This document shows, in pieces, positions 18,811 through 28,816 of a stretch of 64,000 nucleotides of DNA. Every line of letters starts with the position of its first letter. The first letter of the stretch is position 1. Both the position numbers and the translations under genes were made by a program. The DNA lies in assembly GCA_965263035.1 (NCBI GenBank), contig OZ253580.1:3232001-3296000 (forward strand), given 5' to 3'. This DNA is from Acidobacteriota bacterium (GTDB lineage: Bacteria; Acidobacteriota; UBA6911; RPQK01; JAJDTT01). The notes under the pieces are model-generated. The model saw only the letters and a program-made list of their open reading frames with translations, was not told where the DNA came from and did not search any database.

Positions 18811-19977
18811 ATGTCCGAATTCGGTTCGCCGCCACCGCCCTTGACGGAATTGTCTGAAGCGGAATTGCTGTTTCGAGAAGCCGTCTCCGACTTCGCCCAG
18901 AGTGAGGTCCGGCCACTGGCCGCCGCCATGGATCGAGACGGAGCCTTCCGGCCTGAACTCCTGCGACAGTTCTTCCAACTGGACCTTATGGGAATCGAGA
19001 TCCCCGTGTCCCTGGGTGGAGCCGGCGCCAGTTTCTTCATGTCCATTCTGGCGGTGGAGGAGCTGAGCCGGGCGGATGCCTCGGCCGGAGTCGTCGTGGA
19101 CGTCCAGAACACCCTGGTCAACAATGCTCTCCTGCGATGGGGAACGCGGTCCCAAAAGGAGCGGTATCTGCCCCGCATGGCCTCGCGGTGGGTGGGGGCC
19201 TATGCCCTTTCGGAGGCAACCTCGGGCAGCGACGCCTTTACCATGGCCGCCCGGGCCTCCAGGCAGGGCGACCGGTACGTTCTCAATGGCCATAAGCTGT
19301 GGACCACGAATGCGGCGGAAGCCGATCTCTTCATCGTCTTCGCCAACGCGGCTCCCGAGAAGAGGTACAAGGGCATCACCGCCTTCCTGGTGGAGCGGGA
19401 ATTTTCCGGATTCCGCGTCGGAAAGAAAGAGGACAAGTTGGGCATTCGCGCTTCGTCCACCTGCGAGCTGATCCTGGAGGATTGCGCCGTGCCCGCGGAA
19501 AACGTGCTGGGAAAAGAGGGTGTCGGCTACAAGGTCGCCATCGAGACTCTGAATGAAGGCAGGATCGGAATCGGCGCCCAGATGATCGGCTTGGCCCGGG
19601 GCGCCCTGGACCATGCCGTGGCCTACTGTCGAGAGCGGGAGGCGTTCGGCAAGCCCATCGGACACTTCCAGGGGGTCCAGTTCTCGGTGGCGGAAATGGA
19701 GACGGAATTGGAGGCGGCGAGACTCCTGGTCTACAACGCGGCACGTTTGAAGGACGCGGGCAAGGCTTTCCTGAAGGAAGCGGCAATGGCCAAATACTTC
19801 AGCTCCAGGGTCGCCGAGAAGATCACGTCCCGGGCGATCGAGATTTTCGGAGGCTATGGCTACTCGCGGGATTATCCGGTGGAGAAGTATTTTCGGGACT
19901 CCAAGATCGGGTCCATCTACGAGGGCACGACCCACATGCAGCTTGCCACCATCGCCAAGCAGGTCCTCAACCCGTAG
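18811..19977 (+). CDS. Acyl-CoA dehydrogenase (short/branched-chain type)
   Basis: YALSEATSGSDA, EDKLGIRASSTC, LNEGRIGIGAQ, FGGYGY, IYEGT. Confidence 0.95.
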   Translation: MSEFGSPPPPLTELSEAELLFREAVSDFAQSEVRPLAAAMDRDGAFRPELLRQFFQLDLMGIEIPVSLGGAGASFFMSILAVEELSRADASAGVVVDVQNTLVNNALLRWGTRSQKERYLPRMASRWVGAYALSEATSGSDAFTMAARASRQGDRYVLNGHKLWTTNAAEADLFIVFANAAPEKRYKGITAFLVEREFSGFRVGKKEDKLGIRASSTCELILEDCAVPAENVLGKEGVGYKVAIETLNEGRIGIGAQMIGLARGALDHAVAYCREREAFGKPIGHFQGVQFSVAEMETELEAARLLVYNAARLKDAGKAFLKEAAMAKYFSSRVAEKITSRAIEIFGGYGYSRDYPVEKYFRDSKIGSIYEGTTHMQLATIAKQVLNP

Positions 19978-20007
19978 CGCCGCCGCCCCGGACTAGTCGT
20001 CATTTCC

Positions 20008-21099
20008 ATGGAAAAGCTGGAACTACCGGTTCCTCTAGCCATTTTCTGCCGGGATCTGCTGCGCTGGTACCAGCGGCACCGGCGGGATCTTCCCTGGCGC
20101 CGCCGGCTCGAGCCCTACTCGGTCCTTTTGGCCGAAGTGATGCTCCAACAGACCCAGGTGAAGACCGTAGTTCCTTACTATCAGAGGTTCCTGAAGCGCT
20201 ATCCCACGCTGGAAGATCTGGCCGAAAGCGACGAGGAGGAAGTCCTTTCCCTCTGGTCCGGACTGGGATACTACCGCCGGGCCCGAAATCTCCGCCGGGC
20301 GGCGCAGCAGATCCGCGACTGCCATGGCGGAGTGTTTCCTCGGACTTACGAGGAGATCATCCAGTTGCCTGGAGTCGGCCGGTACACGGCCGGAGCCGTC
20401 CTTTCCATCGCTTACGGACAGCCCCTGCCCATCCTGGACGGCAACATCCGAAGGCTCTTCGCCCGCTACCTCAAAATGGACGGTGTCTCCTCTGGAGACG
20501 ATTCCCCGCCGCTGTGGGACCTTCTGACCCGCATCAGCCGCTTTGCAGCGGCCCGGAAGGAAGTGTCCGATCTGAACCAGGCCCTCATGGAACTGGGTGC
20601 CCTGGTCTGCACGCCGCGTTCGCCGAGTTGCGGGCGTTGTCCGCTGGAGGGGAGTTGTCTTGGATTAGGGGCCGGAGTGCAGGAGAAGCTGCCTCTTCCC
20701 CGCGCCCGCCGTGCTGTGAAGCGGCTGAGCTACGCGGTGGCGGTGGTCTGTCTCCGGGACCGATTCCTTTTGGTCCGGAACCAGGACAGTGAATTCCTGG
20801 AGGGGATGTGGGAGTTTCCCCGGATCCCGGTCAAGGACCGGGACTTGAGGGCCGAAGTGCTGGAGGAGGCCTTCCATCGGAAGCTCGGCTTGTCGGTTAC
20901 CATATGCGGCTTACTGAAGCCGGTTCGTCATCAGATCACTTTCCGGCGGCTCACCCTTCATCCGGCTGTGGGCACGCTCCGGACGGGCACGCCTCCGTCC
21001 GGTCTGGTTTGGGCCGATCCTGGCGGTGAGCGCTCCGTTCCGATCTCCTCGTACGTGGCCAAGATCGCAAGGCTATACCGCCGGGAACACGAGTTGTGA
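20008..21099 (+). CDS. mutY: A/G-specific adenine glycosylase
   Basis: RDLPWR, EVMLQQTQV, WSGLGYY, LPGVGRYTA, CTPRSPSCGRCPLEGSC Fe-S loop, NUDIX-like C-terminus. Confidence 0.95.
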   Translation: MEKLELPVPLAIFCRDLLRWYQRHRRDLPWRRRLEPYSVLLAEVMLQQTQVKTVVPYYQRFLKRYPTLEDLAESDEEEVLSLWSGLGYYRRARNLRRAAQQIRDCHGGVFPRTYEEIIQLPGVGRYTAGAVLSIAYGQPLPILDGNIRRLFARYLKMDGVSSGDDSPPLWDLLTRISRFAAARKEVSDLNQALMELGALVCTPRSPSCGRCPLEGSCLGLGAGVQEKLPLPRARRAVKRLSYAVAVVCLRDRFLLVRNQDSEFLEGMWEFPRIPVKDRDLRAEVLEEAFHRKLGLSVTICGLLKPVRHQITFRRLTLHPAVGTLRTGTPPSGLVWADPGGERSVPISSYVAKIARLYRREHEL

Positions 21100-21136
21100 C
21101 CCCGGGGAGAACCTTCTCGTGCGTCCTCGAGCACGC

Positions 21137-23290
21137 TCAGTTCAGGCCGCGGCGGACCAGCAACGAGGCCGCGTCCGGTTCGCGGCCCCGGAAGGCCCGG
21201 TAGAGAGGCATGGCCTCCCGGCTGCCTCCTTTCGACAGGATCATCCGGCGGAAGCGATCTCCGTTCTCCCGTGTCAACCCACCGTTCTCCTTGAACCATT
21301 CCACGGTATCGGCGTCCAGCACCTCGCTCCAGATGTACGAGTAGTATCCGGCCGAGTAGCCGCCGCTCCAGATGTGCGAAAAGTAGGTACTGCGGTAACG
21401 TGGAGGCACCGTATCGAGCGCGACACCGGCCTCGGCCAGTACGGCCTCCTCGAAATCGGTCACACTCTCGACGTTGGGTGCTTCCTCGGCCGTCAGTTGG
21501 TGCCACGCCTGGTCCAGCAGAGCGGCGGCCAGATACTCGGTCGTGGCGAATCCCTGGTTGAATCTCTCGGCGGCCAACATCTTTTCCACCAGTTCCATGG
21601 GCATCGACTCCCCCGTCTGGTGATGGACGGCGTAGTTTTTCACCACCTCCGGCCACGTGGCCCACATTTCGTTGATCTGGGAGGGGAATTCGACGAAGTC
21701 GCGAGGCACGGAGGTTCCGGAGAAATAGGGGTAGCGCACCGAGGAGAAGATGGCGTGGAGGGCGTGGCCGAACTCGTGAAACAGCGTCTCCACCTCGTCG
21801 AAGGTCAGCAGTGTCGGCTCCCCGGCGGGTGGCTTCGGGACGTTCATGTAGTTAGCGGCCACCGGCCTGGTCCCCAGCAGTTCCGACTGGGAAACGAACG
21901 AACTCATCCAGGCGCCGCCCTGCTTGGAGGGACGGGCATAGAGGTCGACCAGAAAGAGCGCAAGCGGCTCGGCACCGGCGTCGAGCACGTCGAACACCCG
22001 CACGTCCGGGTGATGTGTGGGTAGCTCGGTTCTCTCCCGAAGGCTCATCCCGTAAAGCCGGTTCGCCGCGTAGAAAACGCCCTTTTGCAAGACGTTGTCG
22101 ATCTCGAAGTAGGGTCGAAGCTGAGCTGTGTCAAAGGCGTATCGCTCCCTGCGAACCTTCTCCGCGTAATAGGCCCAATCCCATGCGGCCAGCGGATGGC
22201 TTTCGCCGCCGCCGTCGATCATGGCCTGCAACTCCCGAGCCTCCCGCGAAGCGTTGGCGGCCGCTGCCGCCGCCAGTTTGGAGAGGAACCGGTTGACCGC
22301 CTCGACGGTCTTCGCCGTCTGCCGTTCCAGGCTGTAGGCGGCATGGTTGGGATAGCCGAGGAGCACCGCCCGTTCCGCCCGAAGCTTGGCGGAGCGGGCC
22401 ACGATGCCTCGATTGTCGAACTCGCCGCCCCGGCTGCCGCGGGCCTGAGACGCCTCCATGATCCGTTTCCGCATCGCGCGATCCCGTATCCACGTCAAGG
22501 GCGGCTGACCACTGGTGTTCCGGAGCGCAACCAGGAACTTCCCCTTCAGGTCGCGGGCCGCCGCCGCATCTGCCGCCGCTTCGATTTCGTTCTCCGAGAG
22601 TCCATCCAGTTGTTCGCGTGAGGGGACGACGACGGCCGACTCGTTGACTTCAGAAAGCACGTTCTGGCTGAAACGCGTATCCAATTCGGCCAGTTCGACG
22701 TTGATCTGCTGGAGTCGTGCCTTGTCGGAGTCCGAGAGCCGCGCTCCCGCGCGTACGAAGTCGATGTAATACTCCTCGATCAGCCGCCGCGACTCGTCAT
22801 CGATATCCAGCGTCCGCCGCCGGCCGTACAAGTCCCGGACCCGCTCGAACAGCTTGAGGTTCAGCAATATGCGGTCTCTGTGGGCGGAAAGCTTCGGAGC
22901 CATCTCGCTCCGGATCTCCTCCAGCTTGTCGTTGGTGTGGGCGGCCACCAGATTGAAGAAGACACTTCTGACTCGTCTGAGCATCCGGCCGGAACGCTCG
23001 AGTTCAACCAAAGTGTTTTCGAAGCTGGGAGGCTCCGTCTGGTTGGCGATGGCATTCGCCTGATCCAGGTGCCGGGCCATTCCCTGCTCGAAGGCGGGCC
23101 GGTAGTCTTCCTCGTCGATTCGATCGAACTGTGGGTATTCGAAGGGTAATGGACTCTCGGTGAAGAAGGGGTTCTCATCCATGGCAATCGTAGTCTCGTC
23201 CTTGGTCATTTCGGGTTCCGAACGCGAGCACGAGGTGAGCAGCACCACCAGCGCCGCGGCAATTCCAACCTGGAATCTTCCCAGCCCCAT
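21137..23290 (-). CDS. dcp: M3 family peptidyl-dipeptidase Dcp, predicted lipoprotein
   Basis: HEFGHALH, PRDFVEFPSQ, YSAGYYSYIWSEVLDAD; lipobox-like LLTSC. Confidence 0.9.
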   Translation of the reverse strand: MGLGRFQVGIAAALVVLLTSCSRSEPEMTKDETTIAMDENPFFTESPLPFEYPQFDRIDEEDYRPAFEQGMARHLDQANAIANQTEPPSFENTLVELERSGRMLRRVRSVFFNLVAAHTNDKLEEIRSEMAPKLSAHRDRILLNLKLFERVRDLYGRRRTLDIDDESRRLIEEYYIDFVRAGARLSDSDKARLQQINVELAELDTRFSQNVLSEVNESAVVVPSREQLDGLSENEIEAAADAAAARDLKGKFLVALRNTSGQPPLTWIRDRAMRKRIMEASQARGSRGGEFDNRGIVARSAKLRAERAVLLGYPNHAAYSLERQTAKTVEAVNRFLSKLAAAAAANASREARELQAMIDGGGESHPLAAWDWAYYAEKVRRERYAFDTAQLRPYFEIDNVLQKGVFYAANRLYGMSLRERTELPTHHPDVRVFDVLDAGAEPLALFLVDLYARPSKQGGAWMSSFVSQSELLGTRPVAANYMNVPKPPAGEPTLLTFDEVETLFHEFGHALHAIFSSVRYPYFSGTSVPRDFVEFPSQINEMWATWPEVVKNYAVHHQTGESMPMELVEKMLAAERFNQGFATTEYLAAALLDQAWHQLTAEEAPNVESVTDFEEAVLAEAGVALDTVPPRYRSTYFSHIWSGGYSAGYYSYIWSEVLDADTVEWFKENGGLTRENGDRFRRMILSKGGSREAMPLYRAFRGREPDAASLLVRRGLN

Positions 23291-23412
23291 CACGGTAATG
23301 CTACCGCAGTGTTGATCCTGGGTTCACCAAAGGAAGCCGAGAGCGAAGCTGAAGAACCCTTGGGTCAGGAACGGGACAATTGTATTATCATTCTTATTAA
23401 GAACGAAATAAT

Positions 23413-23445
23413 AGGATATTCATTTATACTAGAAATGAATATCCT
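23413..23445. promoter_or_regulatory. Perfect 13-bp inverted repeat with 7-bp spacer in an AT-rich patch (operator-like)
   Basis: AGGATATTCATTT-atactag-AAATGAATATCCT, ending 15 nt before ATG 23461. Confidence 0.7.
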
Positions 23446-23460
23446 GTATTATCGTGTTCC

Positions 23461-24696
23461 ATGCGAACGAAAAGACAGAGATTCCGGTGGCTCACCACTC
23501 GGCTGCCAGCTGGGGACAAGCGCCGTCTGGTGGTTCTGACCGGAGCGCGCCAAACTGGAAAAACGACTCTGGCCCGGTATCTTTACAGCGACCTGCGGTA
23601 TTTGAACCTGGACGCGATCGAGGAACGGGAGGCGGTGCGCGCCTTACGCAGCGGCAGTTGGGGCCGCGTTGTTGGCGCAGCCGTGATCGATGAGGCGCAA
23701 AAGGAACCCGGCGTCTTCGACAAGGTGAAACTGGCATACGATGAGGGACATCTGTCGTTCTCGGTCCTGCTGGGCTCGTCCCGCATCCGGGAGTCGCTGG
23801 CCGGCCGGGCGTTCGTTTACGATCTATGGCCGCTCACTGCCTCGGAAGTGCGGTTCGCCTTCGACGTCACTCCGCCCCGTCCGCTGTTCGATCGGCTCAT
23901 CACTGGTCCGGAATCGTTCTCGGAGATCCTGGGCGAAGAACCGCCGCGGCTGCTGGGTGACGAAGCGACGTCACGCTTTGAGGCAATCGACCATCTCAGT
24001 GCCTGGGGCGGGATGCCCGAGCTCCTGTCGCTGGACGACGATGATAGGCGCGAATGGCTGCGCTCCTACCAGCAGACGTGGCTCGAGCGTGATCTCGCCG
24101 ACTTGACCCGCGTGTCCGATCTGCTGCCCTTTCGTGCCCTGCAGAGGCTGGCCATGCTCCGCACCGGCCAACTTCTCAACTATGCAAAGTTGGGTCGCGA
24201 CGCTGCCGTCAGCGCCGCCACGGCCCGCCGTTACCTGGAGTACCTGCGTCTGTCTTACCAAGTCGAGCTGCTGCAGCCGTATGCCCGCAACCTCACCAGC
24301 TCGACGGTGAAAAGCCCCAAGCTCTACTGGATGGACCTGGGTCTGCTGCGCCAGGGGACCGGTTTCTGGGGTGAGATCACTGGACCCCTGTTCGAGACAC
24401 TGGTCGTATCCGAGGCGCGCAAGTGGATCGACACCCTCGGGCGTGACGCGATGCTGTGGTTCTACCGCACGCGCTCGGGGCGAGAAGTCGATCTGCTGGT
24501 CACGACCGCCGCCGGCGTCATCGGTGTCGAGGTGAAAAACCGCACCCGGGTTGGGAGGGTCGACTGCTCCGGCCTGCGCGTGTTGCGAAAGGCGTTGGGA
24601 CACGAGTGGATCGGCGGTCTGGTCGTCCACCGCGGGGAGGATCTGGTGGAGTTGGAACCGAGCCTTTGGGCGATCCCGGTCCACAGGCTCTTCTGA
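23461..24696 (+). CDS. AAA_14-type ATPase with DUF4143 C-terminal region
   Basis: GARQTGKTT, VIDEAQK, ESLAGR, GGMPE, KSPKLYWMDLG, LFETLV, FYRTRSGREVDLL...GVEVK. Confidence 0.92.
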   Translation: MRTKRQRFRWLTTRLPAGDKRRLVVLTGARQTGKTTLARYLYSDLRYLNLDAIEEREAVRALRSGSWGRVVGAAVIDEAQKEPGVFDKVKLAYDEGHLSFSVLLGSSRIRESLAGRAFVYDLWPLTASEVRFAFDVTPPRPLFDRLITGPESFSEILGEEPPRLLGDEATSRFEAIDHLSAWGGMPELLSLDDDDRREWLRSYQQTWLERDLADLTRVSDLLPFRALQRLAMLRTGQLLNYAKLGRDAAVSAATARRYLEYLRLSYQVELLQPYARNLTSSTVKSPKLYWMDLGLLRQGTGFWGEITGPLFETLVVSEARKWIDTLGRDAMLWFYRTRSGREVDLLVTTAAGVIGVEVKNRTRVGRVDCSGLRVLRKALGHEWIGGLVVHRGEDLVELEPSLWAIPVHRLF

Positions 24697-24892
24697 ATCG
24701 TGGCGCCGTCGAGATCTCCCGGAATCGGCCCCCCATTTTCGGACCAACGGTTGAAGCATGGTCCAAGCTCTTCGAGGAGTGTCCCCACCCCCGAAATCGG
24801 TCGGCAATTCCCGGACCCGGATGATTTTCAAGAACCCGACACGATATCTGCAACCGGCTGGTAAGATGGTGAAGCTTGATAGCAGCCTGGAA

Positions 24893-25897
24893 ATGCGGAT
24901 GCCGGCCTCTATGACCTGTCTTCGAATCGGCGCACTGTCGCGACCGTTCCTCCTGAGCGCGCTCTGCTCGTTCGGTTTGCTGCTGGCCTGTCTGGTCGTC
25001 GAAGCTCAGCGTGGGGGTCCGCCCCGGCGGCTGGAGAACCCGAAAGACCTCACGCTCCCCAACAAGTCCCGGCTGGAGTTTCGAAGCTACCGATCCTCCG
25101 CCCTGGGGTTGGATGCGGATTACAGCGTCCTGCTCCCGCCGAGCTACGATGAGGAATCGGACAGGAAATTTCCCATCGTCTATTTCCTGCATGGATTGAA
25201 CAACGACCACACGAGTTGGGCGACCCCTCGCTACGGGGATCTTCCGGCCCGCATCGACCTCCTGATGAGCCAGGGGAAGTTACCCCATTTCGTCATGGTC
25301 CATCCCGACGGCCAGAACAGTCTCTACACCGATTCTCCTGACGGGACCGGGAGCTACGAGAGCTACATTCGCGGCGATCTGGTGCAGGAGATGCAGGAAC
25401 GGTACAGGGTTCGGGCCGATGCCGCGGGCCGCGCCATCGGGGGAGTGTCCATGGGTGGGTACGGCGCGCTCAAGATCGCGATGAAGCACTCCGGACTCTA
25501 CGCCTCGGCCGCCGGAGTTTCCCCCATCGTGTTTCTGGGCGAGGATCCCTTTGTGAGCCTCCGTTCCAACCCTTCCCGCAGATCCGCATACTTCCTCCGT
25601 CTGGTGGAAAAGGCCTTCGGCAACCCCATGGACCAGGGCCATTGGAAGCAGAACAGCCTGGAAGTGCTGGCCCGAACCGTCTCCTTGGCCGGCCTGAATC
25701 TCTATTTCTCGTATGGTACCGCCGACCGTTACAACCGCCTTTTCCCCATGGAACAAGGTGTCAAGTCGCTGGCACGCATTCTCCGGGAGCGGGGGATCTC
25801 CCACCAGTGCATGATCTTCGAGGGAGAGCCGCACGGGTGGGAACTCGTGGCGGGCCATCTGGAGGAGACGCTTGCGTTTCTGACCCAGACCTTTTGA
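24893..25897 (+). CDS. Secreted esterase (alpha/beta hydrolase, FrmB/XynC-like)
   Basis: VYFLHG, GVSMGGYGA nucleophile elbow, C-terminal HGW, signal-like N-terminus. Start uncertain. Confidence 0.85.
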   Translation: MRMPASMTCLRIGALSRPFLLSALCSFGLLLACLVVEAQRGGPPRRLENPKDLTLPNKSRLEFRSYRSSALGLDADYSVLLPPSYDEESDRKFPIVYFLHGLNNDHTSWATPRYGDLPARIDLLMSQGKLPHFVMVHPDGQNSLYTDSPDGTGSYESYIRGDLVQEMQERYRVRADAAGRAIGGVSMGGYGALKIAMKHSGLYASAAGVSPIVFLGEDPFVSLRSNPSRRSAYFLRLVEKAFGNPMDQGHWKQNSLEVLARTVSLAGLNLYFSYGTADRYNRLFPMEQGVKSLARILRERGISHQCMIFEGEPHGWELVAGHLEETLAFLTQTF

Positions 25898-25930
25898 TCC
25901 GGAGTCGGTGACCGGCAATTCCAGCGGCAG

Positions 25931-26974
25931 TCAGGACGGATCGCGGTCCAATCGAAGCACCACCTTTCCGAACTGGCGTTGAGACTGCAGGTGCTCCAGG
26001 GCAGCGGAGGCATCTTCAAAGTCGAAGCTCCGATCGATACAGGGGAGGAGTTTTCTCCGGCCCAAAAGCCGTACGATCTCGGCAAACTCTTGCTGGTTAC
26101 CCATGGTGGAGCCGAGAATATCGATCTGCTTCCAGAAGATGAGGCGGATCTCGGTGGCCGGGTTGGGTCCGGTGGTGGCCCCACAGGTCACGATCCTGCC
26201 TCCCTTTCGGACCATCTTGAGGCTCTGAAGCCAAGTCGAGGCGCCCGGGCCCTCCACCACCAGATCGACGCCTCGCCGATTCGTATTCCGGAAAACCTCT
26301 CTGGCCACGTCGCATTGGGTGTAGTCGTAGCAAAAGTCGGCCCCCAGCCGGCGAGCCTGCTCGAGCTTTTCTGAAGAGGAGGAGCTGACCCAGATGCGCG
26401 CCCCCGACAGCTTGGCGATGGCCAGGGCCGCGGAGGCGACGCCTCCCCCGATCCCGTGTATGAATACGTCCTCCCCCGGCTTCAACCGGCCTCGGGTGCA
26501 GACCATTCTCCATGCGGTCAGATTCACCAGCGAGAAAGCCGCCGCCTCCTCGAAGGTCACACCATCGGGAATCCGGGCCAGATTGCGGGCGGGGGCCGCA
26601 AAAAATTCGGAATAGACCCCGGGGCCGTGCTCTCCGACCAGACCGTAGCGGGCACAGAGACTCTGTTCACCGGCCTGGCAGAACTCGCATTCCGTACACC
26701 AGATCCCGGGATTGAGCATGACCCGGTCCCCGGCCTGGAGACCCTCCACCCCGGCGCCAAGTTGGCGGACCACCCCGGCGGCATCCGAGCCCAACACGTG
26801 GGGCAACTGCTGCTTGATACCCGGAATGCCCTCCACGACGAACAGGTCCAGATGGTTCAGGGCCGCGGCACGGGTCTCCACCAGCACCTCGCCTCTGCGG
26901 ATTCGGGGTGTGGGGACATCGTCAATCCGGACCTGGTCCAGGGTTCCGTGTCGATGGATCACGACGGCTTTCAT
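25931..26974 (-). CDS. Zinc-binding dehydrogenase / quinone oxidoreductase (MDR family)
   Basis: ALNHLD, LGSDAAG, CTECEFC...C structural Zn motif, GIGGGVA, GSTMG. Confidence 0.92.
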   Translation of the reverse strand: MKAVVIHRHGTLDQVRIDDVPTPRIRRGEVLVETRAAALNHLDLFVVEGIPGIKQQLPHVLGSDAAGVVRQLGAGVEGLQAGDRVMLNPGIWCTECEFCQAGEQSLCARYGLVGEHGPGVYSEFFAAPARNLARIPDGVTFEEAAAFSLVNLTAWRMVCTRGRLKPGEDVFIHGIGGGVASAALAIAKLSGARIWVSSSSSEKLEQARRLGADFCYDYTQCDVAREVFRNTNRRGVDLVVEGPGASTWLQSLKMVRKGGRIVTCGATTGPNPATEIRLIFWKQIDILGSTMGNQQEFAEIVRLLGRRKLLPCIDRSFDFEDASAALEHLQSQRQFGKVVLRLDRDPS

Positions 26975-26995
26975 GAGATCGATTTCCTGCAGAGG

Positions 26996-27823
26996 TCAGG
27001 GGTGATAGTAAGGTTTACGCAGCAGACGGGCCTTGGTCTCGTCGGTCGCCGCCCTCCGCATCAATTCGGGAGACGCCTCGCATCCCGGCCAGTCCACCAT
27101 GTAGGAGGGGCCGTACTGATACAGCAGCCAGAGCTTCGACTCGGTGCGGGACCTTTTCATGCAGTGGGAAATGCCCTCGCTGAAGATCACGGCGGAGCCC
27201 GCAGACAGGGGGAGATCCTTCAAGGTCGCAACGCTCTCGGGAGGACGCCGCCCGTAGGGGTGCGGGTAATTGCTCTTGTGACTGGAAGGAATGACGGAAA
27301 AGGAACCCTCTCCGCTCCCGGTGTCGCCGAGGGCAATGAGACAGGAGACCAGCAGGCAGCGGAACTCGCCGTCGATGAAACAGCGATACCGCGTGTAGCG
27401 CCGGGGGTCGGCGAGGCCGCCCTGAGAGATATGCCCTGAGATTCCGGGTTCGCGAACGATGGCGCGGGACGAGACCAGGCGAATCTGATCTCCCCAGATG
27501 AGCTGCTGCATGGCCTGGACCAGCCGCCCGTGGACGAACGCCTGTTCCAGTATCCCGCCGCCCTCGACGACGTTGAGAAGCTCGGCCTCGGGGCCGTTGC
27601 GGCGAAGCGTCACGTGGTCCGGGGGGCTGAAGAGACTTCTCTCGACCTGCCGGGAGGCTTCGCGGACCTGTCTGGAGCTCAGGAAGTCCTCCAGGATCAG
27701 GTAGCCCGTGATGTCGAAACCGTATCGCTCTTCGTCCGTCAGATACGCGACGCCGGTCCCGGTCTGAAAGGGCCGGATGTTCTTCTCTTCCTCTCTCTGC
27801 TGATAGAGCCTCGTTTCGACCAT
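26996..27823 (-). CDS. Phytanoyl-CoA dioxygenase (PhyH)-like protein, possibly degenerate
   Basis: ERYGFDITGYLIL, FSVIPSSHKSN, AGSAVIFSEGISH. Confidence 0.8.
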   Translation of the reverse strand: MVETRLYQQREEEKNIRPFQTGTGVAYLTDEERYGFDITGYLILEDFLSSRQVREASRQVERSLFSPPDHVTLRRNGPEAELLNVVEGGGILEQAFVHGRLVQAMQQLIWGDQIRLVSSRAIVREPGISGHISQGGLADPRRYTRYRCFIDGEFRCLLVSCLIALGDTGSGEGSFSVIPSSHKSNYPHPYGRRPPESVATLKDLPLSAGSAVIFSEGISHCMKRSRTESKLWLLYQYGPSYMVDWPGCEASPELMRRAATDETKARLLRKPYYHP

Positions 27824-27837
27824 GACTTCCCGTTCGG

Positions 27838-28665
27838 CTAACCGGATTCAGATGCGCGAAAGGGCGAAAGATTGAAACCTGGCGCCGATTCGAAGGGCTG
27901 CGGTCCCTGGACCAGTTCCAGTTGCCGTGGCGTGGCCCGCTCCTCGAAACCGGTCGCGGTCTCGATCTGATCGTCCCACGCCGCCTGGAACGAGGGTGCG
28001 TAGGAAGCGAAGATGGTGCGCCGGATCTTCCGGCTCCGATTCCTGACGGCGCCATGAGTCAGGTCCTCGGAGAAGATGACCGCGTCACCCGCCCGGCAGG
28101 GACAGGTCTGAACCAGGGGATGGTTCTCATCGGGATTCTCCAGATGAAGGGGGCTCGCAAAATTTCCCTTGTGACTTCCCGGAATCACGGCGAACGCTCC
28201 CTCGTGCACGTCCACATCCGTCAGGGCATAACCCACCTTGACGCTCACGCATTCGAAGCGGCTCCGATTGTAGGCGAATTCACTGTAGGAGAGGAGCTCC
28301 GAGTAACCGTGGTGAAAGACGGTGGCCCGGCCGGGACAACGGGACAGGAGGTGCAGAGCGTCAAGTCGGATCGGAACCGAGATCATGGCCTCCATGTAGG
28401 GCAGCACCGCGGGCCAATCGATGAGTCGCTCGAAGACTCCCCCGTATTTGAGCAGGGTGCAGGAATAGTCGCGGCACCCGGTAGAACCGGCCGGTTCGTC
28501 CGGGTAGTAGCTCCGGGTCAGCCCGATGGCGCGGATCTCGTTGTCGGACAGGGCTTCCAGCTGGTCCAGCTCCCGGTTCAACTCGTCCACGAGACTCGGG
28601 GGGAGAACTCCCGGAAAAATGAGGTGGCCATTGAGGTCAAAGAGATAGGTCTCTTCAGGGGTCAT
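27838..28665 (-). CDS. Phytanoyl-CoA dioxygenase (PhyH) family protein
   Basis: ETYLFDLNGHL, FHHG, FAVIPGSHKGN, AGDAVIFSEDLTHG, RRTI. Confidence 0.85.
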   Translation of the reverse strand: MTPEETYLFDLNGHLIFPGVLPPSLVDELNRELDQLEALSDNEIRAIGLTRSYYPDEPAGSTGCRDYSCTLLKYGGVFERLIDWPAVLPYMEAMISVPIRLDALHLLSRCPGRATVFHHGYSELLSYSEFAYNRSRFECVSVKVGYALTDVDVHEGAFAVIPGSHKGNFASPLHLENPDENHPLVQTCPCRAGDAVIFSEDLTHGAVRNRSRKIRRTIFASYAPSFQAAWDDQIETATGFEERATPRQLELVQGPQPFESAPGFNLSPFRASESG

Positions 28666-28816
28666 TCCGGCAATTCTCCAGTCTGGATCGGGAATACGAT
28701 TCTGGCCACGGTCACCGCCGGGGTGTCTCCAACGCCCGGATTCTAACACTTCCGATCCTTCCATTTCCCCAGCTTCGGCCGGGCCTGGTCAACAACCCGG
28801 TTAGAATAGGCGCGGC

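Noticed and set aside
24879-24892. TAGCAGCCTGGAAA resembling an A terminus
   Set aside because: Match too short and no partner end or internal similarity visible.
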